From Pseudobdellovibrionaceae bacterium (lineage in GTDB: Bacteria > Bdellovibrionota > Bdellovibrionia > Bdellovibrionales > Bdellovibrionaceae): 23,263 nucleotides of DNA. The translations under genes and the position numbers were made by a program. The notes beneath the pieces were generated by a model. It worked only from the letters and a program-made list of their open reading frames with translations, had not been told where the DNA came from and did no database searches. The stretch lies in the NCBI GenBank assembly GCA_041288045.1, contig JBGGMM010000072.1, positions 1 through 23,263 on the forward strand, in the 5' to 3' direction. Of this stretch, positions 9,078-15,653 are shown in pieces (the stretch's first letter is position 1; every line of letters starts with the position of its first letter).

Positions 9078-10508
9078 TCAGGCCTTCGGGAATTGGCAGA
9101 TGAATTCGGTGCCTTTGCCGGGTTCGCTTCTGACTTGGATCGAGCCGCCGTGACTTTGCATGATGTGTTTGACGATCGACAGTCCAAGACCGGTTCCTCC
9201 GACATCGCGAGAGCGGCCCTTATCGACTCGGTAAAATCTTTCGAACAGGCGATTCAGATGGACTTCGGCGATCCCTGGACCATTGTCGATCACTCGCAGG
9301 CGAACGAAATCCTTTTCTTCTTCCCACTTGATTTCAATTTTTCCACCGACTGGGATGTACTTGATGGCATTGCCAATCAGGTTGGTGAGAACTTGCTCGA
9401 GCTTTCTGGCATCTGCGGGAAAGCTGGCTGATTCGGTTGAGACTCGGATCATGATTTGTTTTTCAGTGGCCAGACTGGCCATGCGCTCAACCAGATCCTG
9501 GGTGATTTCTCCAGGGCGAATCAGTTCTTTTTTCACTGCCGCTCCCGAATCCAACGCCGAAAGTGTCAGCATGTCGCTGACAAGCTCCGAGAGTCGATTG
9601 ACACTTTTTGAAATCACTCCCAAGAAATAACCCAGCTGCTCGGTTTTGCCTGATTGCAAATCTTCTTGAGCAGTGGCGAGAAAACCTTTGATCGAAGTCA
9701 GCGGTGTTCGAAGCTCATGAGAGGCGTTTTCGACGAACTCGATTCGCACTTGGTCGGCTTTTTTCACTTCGGTGATGTCATGAAAAAGCGCCATCGCTCC
9801 GTAAAGTTGCAAGGCTTTTTCTTCTCTTAAGGGTGAGACTTTCAAAGAGAAAAATCTTTTCTCGCCGTCGATTTTGGAAAAAAGCTTCAAAGTGAGGGAC
9901 TGGGTCTCCATTCGAGTCACTGTTTTTTGAAAAAGCTCCAGCACTTCTGGCTCTCTGAAAATCTGTGCTAAAGGCACAGACTCGCCACTTGCCAATTGCT
10001 CGGCTTCGGGCTTTTCCAAAAACTGATTGGCGAAACGAGAGTTGAAAAAATTCACTTTCAGCTCAGGACTGACAGTGAGGATGGCATCATCCAAAGATGA
10101 CATCAAAGCCTGTGTCTCTTCTCGCTCGCGGGCCAGCTGAATCCGTCGCTTTTTCATTTTGCGACGGATTTTATTAAGCGCCATTTCTAGCTCAAAGTAC
10201 TCTCCCGGCTCTTCTTCAAGCATGTCATCTGTTGAATCAACTTCGGCCACTTGTTTTTTGTTGGCGATTCGCAGAGCTTTCAGGATCACTCGCTTCAGGG
10301 GACTCGCAAACCGGTAAGAAAAAGCAGCGGCGCCAACAGCCGAAAAAAGAAAATAAATCACCACCACCAAAAGCGGTTCCACTGAATAGAAATGAAAATC
10401 AATGATGTAAGAGGCAATCCCCAAGGACAAAAGAAACAGCAAATTCAGAAGAAACAACAAAGTCCAAAAAAGTCTCCAGAAAAGCCGCCAGGGAAAAAAA
10501 GATTTCAT
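9078..10508 (-). CDS. phoR: PhoR-like sensor histidine kinase
   Basis: Two TM helices, a PAS-like region, H-box NASHELRTPLTSI, N-box NLIGNAIKY, DNGPGI, FERFYRVDKGRSR and GGTGLGL. The ATG at 10508 overlaps the phoB stop. Confidence 0.85.
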   Translation of the reverse strand: MKSFFPWRLFWRLFWTLLFLLNLLFLLSLGIASYIIDFHFYSVEPLLVVVIYFLFSAVGAAAFSYRFASPLKRVILKALRIANKKQVAEVDSTDDMLEEEPGEYFELEMALNKIRRKMKKRRIQLAREREETQALMSSLDDAILTVSPELKVNFFNSRFANQFLEKPEAEQLASGESVPLAQIFREPEVLELFQKTVTRMETQSLTLKLFSKIDGEKRFFSLKVSPLREEKALQLYGAMALFHDITEVKKADQVRIEFVENASHELRTPLTSIKGFLATAQEDLQSGKTEQLGYFLGVISKSVNRLSELVSDMLTLSALDSGAAVKKELIRPGEITQDLVERMASLATEKQIMIRVSTESASFPADARKLEQVLTNLIGNAIKYIPVGGKIEIKWEEEKDFVRLRVIDNGPGIAEVHLNRLFERFYRVDKGRSRDVGGTGLGLSIVKHIMQSHGGSIQVRSEPGKGTEFICQFPKA

Positions 10509-11203
10509 GCTTTGATTCTGTATCCCACTCCGCGAATGGTTTCGATCCAATCCCCACTGTCATCCAGTTTCTTGCGAAGCCCGAACACGTGAGTGTCAAT
10601 GGTTCGGCCCGTCACGGAGATTCCCTCGCCTTGCACCACTTCGATCAATTGGTCGCGGGTCAGGACTCGTCCTCGGGATTGGGCCATGGTGGCGAGGATT
10701 TTGAATTCAGAGGGAGTCAAATGCACGGGCTGTCCGTGAGAAGTCACTTCATAAGTGGCCGTGTTGATTTTCAGATCGCCAATGATCATCAGGTCACTAT
10801 TGCTGACTGGTGCGGCTGAAGCATTCAATCTTCGCAGCAAAGCTTTGATTCGAGCTGTGAAAACGGAGGGCTCAAAGGGTTTTGTGATGTAGTCGTCGGC
10901 TCCAGCCTCAAGTCCCTGTACGATGTCTTGCGGCTCGGCTTTGGCAGTGATCATCAGAACTGGCATTTTTTTGCCTGGCAGGTTTTTTAAAAGGTCTAAT
11001 CCGCTCATGTGTGGGAGCATCCAATCCAGGATCATCAAATCATACTGATTTTTTTGCAGGCTTTCGATGGCTTCGATGGCAGTGCCACATTGTTGGACTC
11101 GGTGCCCCTGTCTGAGCAGCAAGAGTGAGATCAGTTCGCGGATTTCTGCTTCGTCTTCAACGACGAGAACCTGAGCTGATGCTTCATGAGTATTTTCCAC
11201 CAT
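10505..11203 (-). CDS. phoB: PhoB-like OmpR-family response regulator
   Basis: REC domain (VVEDE, LDWMLP, GADDYITKPF) plus winged helix (RTIDTHV-x-x-LRKKL, IETIRGVGY); between phoU and phoR. Start set at MVENTH (11203). Confidence 0.85.
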   Translation of the reverse strand: MVENTHEASAQVLVVEDEAEIRELISLLLLRQGHRVQQCGTAIEAIESLQKNQYDLMILDWMLPHMSGLDLLKNLPGKKMPVLMITAKAEPQDIVQGLEAGADDYITKPFEPSVFTARIKALLRRLNASAAPVSNSDLMIIGDLKINTATYEVTSHGQPVHLTPSEFKILATMAQSRGRVLTRDQLIEVVQGEGISVTGRTIDTHVFGLRKKLDDSGDWIETIRGVGYRIKA

Positions 11204-11849
11204 GACGAATATCCTTCCCAGTCGAAACGAAAATAACGTCTTCGGCGATGTTCGTCGCGTGATCTCCCAAGCGCTCCAAATTTCGCGCAATCAGAATCAC
11301 ATCCAAGGCCGCTTCCGAATTGTTCGGATTGGACTTGATGTAATTCGAGAGATCCTTGAAGACCTTTGATTTCAAACCATCCACTTCGTCATCCATGAGA
11401 AGAATTTTTTGGGCCAGTTGATCATCTTCCCGGACAAAACTGTCCAGGGAGCCTTTGACCATTTGCCGAACCAAGGCCGACATGCGCTCGATGTCGGGCA
11501 GATTCTGAGCCACTGGTGTACGCATCAGATAATCCTTCCCAGTGTGAGCGATGTTCACGCACTGATCTCCCATCCGCTCAAGATCCGAATTGATCTTGAT
11601 GATCGAGATGATCAAGCGCAGATCACGCGCCACCGGTCCTTGCTTTGCCAAAAAGGTCATGCAGGCCAAATCCACTTTGATATGGTCTTCGTTGATTTTC
11701 TCTTCGATTCGATGAACGCCAGTAAAAGCGTCCATTTTGCGATGAATGAGAGCTTGCACGGCTTCATCCAAAGCCTTTTCAACATGACCCCCCATGGAAA
11801 GAATGAGATTTTTTAAATGATCAATTTGGCTATCGACCTGTCTTTCCAC
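11184..11849 (-). CDS. phoU: Phosphate signalling complex protein PhoU
   Basis: Q-x-P-VARDLR, DLERMGD, DDEVD and RNLERLGDHATNIAE-x-V-x-F-x-x-x-G. The GTG at 11849 has GAAGGG upstream; the ATG at 11864 is an alternative start. Confidence 0.95.
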   Translation of the reverse strand: MERQVDSQIDHLKNLILSMGGHVEKALDEAVQALIHRKMDAFTGVHRIEEKINEDHIKVDLACMTFLAKQGPVARDLRLIISIIKINSDLERMGDQCVNIAHTGKDYLMRTPVAQNLPDIERMSALVRQMVKGSLDSFVREDDQLAQKILLMDDEVDGLKSKVFKDLSNYIKSNPNNSEAALDVILIARNLERLGDHATNIAEDVIFVSTGKDIRHGGKYS

Positions 11850-11960
11850 GGAAATTCCCTTCATGCTGAAATGACTCTATCGTAAATAAAATTGCAAGTT
11901 CTGGCGAGGAAAAAAACCAAATCCTGACAAAGCCACTTGCAGGCAGTTGCGACCGAGCGC

Positions 11961-12920
11961 ATGATAATTCGGATGGGAAAAAAGAAATCTCCACCAGCCC
12001 ACTGTTTCGCGGCCATCGATATCGGCAGCAATGCCATCCGCATGGTCTTGGCTTCGCACTCTCATCAGGGCCTTCAGGTGCTCAAGAAGTACCGCTTTCC
12101 CATCCGCTTGGGTGCTGACGTTTTCGACAATGGCCAAATTTCTGAGAAAAACTGCAAACTTTCAGCCCGGACTTTCAAAAAATTCAAAGAGCTGACGGTC
12201 AAATACAAAGTCACCAAAATCCGCGCCGTCGGAACCAGTGCTTTGCGAGAAGCGAAGAACTCGAAGGCCTTTATTGAAGCCATCCGCCGCAAAAGCTCCA
12301 TCAAAATCGAAATCATCGACGGCGTCGAAGAAGCCCGCATCATTCACCAGGCCGTGCGCCGCGAAGTCCACCTGGACCAACACCAAGCTCTCTTGATCGA
12401 CATCGGCGGCGGCAGTGTGGAGCTCACTTTCTCAGATCACGGCATGATGACTGCCACCCATAGCTTTCCTTTCGGCACTGTCAGAACTTTAGAAATGATG
12501 AAGAAGAAGAAATTGGCAGAAACGCAGCTCCCTTTGGTGATGGGGCAATTCTTAGAACCCCTCACCCACTTCATCCAATCCCAAAGCCCCAGCCAAACGG
12601 TGGAATTCGCCGTGGGTACTGGGGGGAATTTGGAAACCTTGGGAAAGCTGAAGCCGCTGTTGCTGAAATCCAGCAGCCGGACTTTTCTGAGCTTTCAGGA
12701 ATTGAGTGAGATCATCGAAAAGCTGCAAAAGCTCACGATCAAGGAGCGCATCGAGAAACTGAAGATGCGGCCGGATCGCGCCGATGTGATTTTGCCTGCG
12801 GCTTTCGTGGTGCAGACAGTGATGCGACAAGCGGGGCTCGAGAAACTTTTGATCCCGCATGTGGGGTTGAAGGATGGGTTGGTTTGGTCGCTCGCGCATC
12901 AGGAGTTGGTGCGGAGCTGA
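11961..12920 (+). CDS. ppx: Ppx/GppA exopolyphosphatase (short form without C-terminal HD domain)
   Basis: AAIDIGSNAIR, GTSALREA-x-N, IDG-x-EEA, DIGGGSVE, RADVI and GLKDG. Start uncertain (11961 or 11973). Confidence 0.9.
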   Translation: MIIRMGKKKSPPAHCFAAIDIGSNAIRMVLASHSHQGLQVLKKYRFPIRLGADVFDNGQISEKNCKLSARTFKKFKELTVKYKVTKIRAVGTSALREAKNSKAFIEAIRRKSSIKIEIIDGVEEARIIHQAVRREVHLDQHQALLIDIGGGSVELTFSDHGMMTATHSFPFGTVRTLEMMKKKKLAETQLPLVMGQFLEPLTHFIQSQSPSQTVEFAVGTGGNLETLGKLKPLLLKSSSRTFLSFQELSEIIEKLQKLTIKERIEKLKMRPDRADVILPAAFVVQTVMRQAGLEKLLIPHVGLKDGLVWSLAHQELVRS

Positions 12921-12929
12921 TGAGGAAAA

Positions 12930-13490
12930 TCAAAATCCAATTCGCTTTTTCGCATCCTCGACAAATTCAGAGCCGAAAAGATTTTCCACGAGGTCGATAA
13001 GGTTCATCATTTTTTCTCGGGGGTTTCCAAGTGCTGAGACTCGAATATACTCATCGTCGAAAATTTGCACCAAGCGGTCGTAATCAAATGGGGATTTTTT
13101 ATGAACACGCTGGATATCTTCAAAGTCTTTGCCGATGCCTCGATCAATTTTGCTGATCGCCAGGTCGTATTGATTCAAATACCACACTCTCAATTTTTTC
13201 TTTGGGAAATCTTCAAACTGACAACGACTTCGATAGTTTTCGGGAGGTGAAAAGATGCCTTTTGAGGATAGATATAAATCCAGTCCCAATGACTGAGCTT
13301 CCTCTTCAAAAATTCTGTTGAATTCAGGATCGATGGCGCCTTCGATATCCACGTCATTCGTTTCTTTGGCAACATTGTAGCCAAGGATCGCAGAAATTCC
13401 GCCAATCACGTAGATGTCTAATTTTCTTTCGAGCCGCTGATCCACACGGCGAAAGAGTTCTTTTATTTGCTCTTTTGTGATTGTGCCCAT
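12930..13490 (-). CDS. DUF6036 / AbiEii-like nucleotidyltransferase (pol-beta superfamily)
   Basis: IYVIGG-x-x-A...ETNDVDI (GG plus DxD) and C-terminal DLAISKIDRG-x-x-KD-x-x-DI. Start probably 13490 or 13499, overlapping the upstream HTH gene. Confidence 0.75.
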   Translation of the reverse strand: MGTITKEQIKELFRRVDQRLERKLDIYVIGGISAILGYNVAKETNDVDIEGAIDPEFNRIFEEEAQSLGLDLYLSSKGIFSPPENYRSRCQFEDFPKKKLRVWYLNQYDLAISKIDRGIGKDFEDIQRVHKKSPFDYDRLVQIFDDEYIRVSALGNPREKMMNLIDLVENLFGSEFVEDAKKRIGF

Positions 13491-14113
13491 TTTTTCCATC
13501 TCTGTAGGTGATCCTGAACTGTTCCTCGCACTTTCAGATTCCATTTCAAGGCAAAATGGTTTTTTTCAAACAGTTCAGGAAAATTGGTTCTATTTGTCAG
13601 AACTAAAAATTCTTTTTGAGGATTTTTAGCTACCGTTAATAGCTGCAGAAGTCTTTCAAAAGTGGGATGGGCCCTCAGCTCATTGGCCATTTCGACAAAA
13701 TATCCAAGCACATTCACTTGATTGGATTCGTATCCCTTCGCTGCTAGTTTGAGGGGATCTACCAGATGAACATTCTTCGCTAACAAATACGGAACAAAAG
13801 TTTCATAAGCACCGTCTTCACGAGCTTTTTGCAGAGACTCTTGGACGGCATCTTCAAATTTCAGATTTCCATCTTTTGAATGAGCGACAGGAACTCCGTA
13901 ATAGGCCAAACTTCCTAACAAATTCTCTTCATTTCTGAGAGGTGCGAACTCCACATCTAAATGCATGGCCTTAGCGACGGATCTTAGATTTTCCAACTTC
14001 ATATTATGACTTTTGACTGCACTATGTAGAGCTTGCCGGCTGACGCCAGCTTTCTTTTCCAGATGACTGAGGTTCTGAGATTTCAATGTGTAAAAAAACT
14101 CCGCCATTTTCAT
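13463..14113 (-). CDS. XRE-type HTH protein with AbiEi-like C-terminal domain (putative antitoxin/repressor)
   Basis: N-terminal LSHLEKKAGVSRQALHSAVK...MKLENLRSVAKAM is XRE-HTH-like. C-terminal VLGYFVE...KWNLKV resembles the RLGYLLE...W-x-L pattern of AbiEi antitoxins. Confidence 0.65.
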   Translation of the reverse strand: MKMAEFFYTLKSQNLSHLEKKAGVSRQALHSAVKSHNMKLENLRSVAKAMHLDVEFAPLRNEENLLGSLAYYGVPVAHSKDGNLKFEDAVQESLQKAREDGAYETFVPYLLAKNVHLVDPLKLAAKGYESNQVNVLGYFVEMANELRAHPTFERLLQLLTVAKNPQKEFLVLTNRTNFPELFEKNHFALKWNLKVRGTVQDHLQRWKKWAQSQKSK

Positions 14114-14119
14114 AGATTC

Positions 14120-14148
14120 ATCCTACCCATTTTCATGTGTAAAGTCAA
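14120..14148 (-). promoter_or_regulatory. Sigma-70 promoter TTGACT-17-TAGGAT, 6 nt upstream of the HTH ATG
   Basis: The minus strand reads TTGACT TTACACATGAAAATGGG TAGGAT GAATCT ATG. Confidence 0.7.
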
Positions 14149-14156
14149 CTTTACAC
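14137..14156. promoter_or_regulatory. Perfect inverted repeat GTGTAAAGT-CA-ACTTTACAC, putative operator
   Basis: The 9-bp arms are exact reverse complements with a 2-nt spacer, and the repeat covers the -35 hexamer. Confidence 0.75.
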
Positions 14157-14567
14157 TTATTTATACGGTAAGTATTTGAAATAACTTAATTATATATTGA
14201 ACAATCGATTTATAAGTATCTCGACTGCGCCATGGTTCAATGTGAAACATCTCCTGTTCATTCGAGCGCGCAATTCACCTGAGAATTTGCGATTGCTTTG
14301 CCGTTCTTGCAATCAACGATCTGCCATTCAAATTTTTGGCCTCGAGAAAATGGATTCTTATTTAACCTGATCTTAAGTTTCAACAAGACCACCCACTTTT
14401 AGGCTTCGATTTTTTTCGACGATGGTCGTGCAGACGAAAGTTCTGATTTTATGAGCACCGTTTCCTGGTGCGATCTGGACTCTGAAACTTTTCATCCCTG
14501 TCTTAATCTGGCTCAACTGTTTTAATTGTTAACATTCAAAATTTTTATGGCATGGCGAGGAGGCCAA

Positions 14568-15086
14568 ATGAATATCGAAGAAACCATTCAGCAAGTCGAA
14601 GCCCTTTACACCAAAGTGACAGGCAAACCCTTCACGGATGGGACCGCGAAAGCTGCGATTCAACCAAATGTGGATCCCATCGCTCTTTTGGAAATGCGAG
14701 TTCAGCATCTCAATCAGATGTTGATGGATCCTCAAATCCAGGCGCACTTGCAGCCTTGGGCTCCACCCATTTCTATCTGGGAGAGTGACGACAAAATTTT
14801 GATTCGCTTGGACACCCCGGCCATCAGCAAAGAAGACGTGGACATTTCATTGAATGGCAACACTTTGGTGATTCACGGCATCCGCCAGCCTTTGCCTCAG
14901 GCCGCCGGTTTTGTCCCGCGACATTGTGAAACGAAGTTTGGAGAGTTTCAACGAGTCGTTGCTTTGCCCTTTGAGTTCACTCCCGAAATCAGTTCATCGA
15001 TCAAGGACGGAGTTTTGGAAATCTCTCTGACTCGCCAAGGTCGCGACCGCTCACCGAAGTCTTCAGGCAGCAAATCAGTTCAATAA
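14568..15086 (+). CDS. Hsp20/alpha-crystallin small heat-shock protein with N-terminal helical extension
   Basis: W-x-PP-x-x-IWE...D-x-P-x-x-x-KEDVDISL-x-GNTL-x-I-x-G-x-R...E-x-x-FG-x-F-x-R-x-x-x-LP...DGVLEI. SD GAGGAGG at 14557-14563 supports the ATG at 14568. Confidence 0.9.
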   Translation: MNIEETIQQVEALYTKVTGKPFTDGTAKAAIQPNVDPIALLEMRVQHLNQMLMDPQIQAHLQPWAPPISIWESDDKILIRLDTPAISKEDVDISLNGNTLVIHGIRQPLPQAAGFVPRHCETKFGEFQRVVALPFEFTPEISSSIKDGVLEISLTRQGRDRSPKSSGSKSVQ

Positions 15087-15130
15087 AAAAACAAGCTCGT
15101 CACAAGACGGGATTAACAACGGAGGAATAA

Positions 15131-15574
15131 ATGGAAAACACAGCAACAGTTCGCATCGATATCCAACGATTGCAGGTCTTGAATGACCGACTTTGCCAAA
15201 CACTCGAGGCTCTGAATCAAGTACGCCTCTCTGCCCAAGCGCCCGTTTCTTTCGGCGCCTACACTGGTTATGGCGTTCCTGCTTATGGCTGGAATACGAA
15301 CCCATTCGCTGGCTATAGCGTTCCCACTTACGGCTGGAATGCAAATCCGTACATGGGTCCTTATGCTGCGCCTTACAGCACGAACACGCCAACTTTTGGT
15401 AACGGTTTTGGCTATGGTTACGGTGGTTATGGCTACACACCAAATCACAATACTGGTGTTGGTTACGGTGCTGGATTCGCGCCTGCAGCGACAGCATTTA
15501 CTCCTGGCTTCAACGGCGCTGATCGCACTCGCTTCGCGGGTTTCGGCGGCTACACTCAACCGACTGTTTGGTAA
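15131..15574 (+). CDS. Hypothetical protein: short coiled coil plus Gly/Tyr-rich low-complexity tail
   Basis: SD GGAGG at 15121-15125, terminator just downstream, L14/L21/L28 heptad, then 112 residues that are almost uncharged. Confidence 0.85.
   Translation: MENTATVRIDIQRLQVLNDRLCQTLEALNQVRLSAQAPVSFGAYTGYGVPAYGWNTNPFAGYSVPTYGWNANPYMGPYAAPYSTNTPTFGNGFGYGYGGYGYTPNHNTGVGYGAGFAPAATAFTPGFNGADRTRFAGFGGYTQPTVW
15266..15355 (+). repeat. Two degenerate 45-bp in-frame tandem units (GYGVPAYGWNTNPFA / GYSVPTYGWNANPYM)
   Basis: Units start at 15266 and 15311; the peptide is better conserved than the DNA, with several synonymous differences. Confidence 0.8.
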
Positions 15575-15585
15575 TTCTCTGTCTC

Positions 15586-15621
15586 AAAGGGAGCCTTCTT
15601 GAATGAAGCTCCCTTTTTTTT
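15586..15621 (+). terminator. Intrinsic terminator of the hsp20 operon
   Basis: AAAGGGAGC(C)TTC-ttgaat-GAAGCTCCCTTT stem with one bulge, running into a T-tract, 12 nt after the stop codon. Confidence 0.85.
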
Positions 15622-15653
15622 GTCCGCGCCGCTGCGATTAGCAGTAAATCGGG

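Noticed and set aside
11865..11960. Possible pho box between phoU and ppx
   Set aside because: Only a single TGTCA half-site on the minus strand; no 11-bp tandem repeat.
14110..14136. Mini-ORF MKMGRMNL* whose TGA overlaps the HTH start codon
   Set aside because: It lies within the predicted promoter spacer and would not be transcribed from that promoter; probably a by-product of the direct repeat.
14160..14215. Possible dif/att recombination site next to the nucleotidyltransferase module
   Set aside because: No convincing XerC/XerD arms, no matching repeat at the 12921-12929 end and no integrase in the window.
14526..14567. N-terminal extensions from the ORF track (also 10550, 11290, 6206, 1572 and 13544)
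   Set aside because: Downstream starts fit SD positions, stop/start coupling or avoidance of long overlaps better.
15075..15602. Alternative ORFs 15075-15497(-), 15113-15559(-) and 15270-15602(+)
   Set aside because: Shadows of the low-complexity gene. Only 15131-15574 has an SD, a terminator and a coherent repeat structure.
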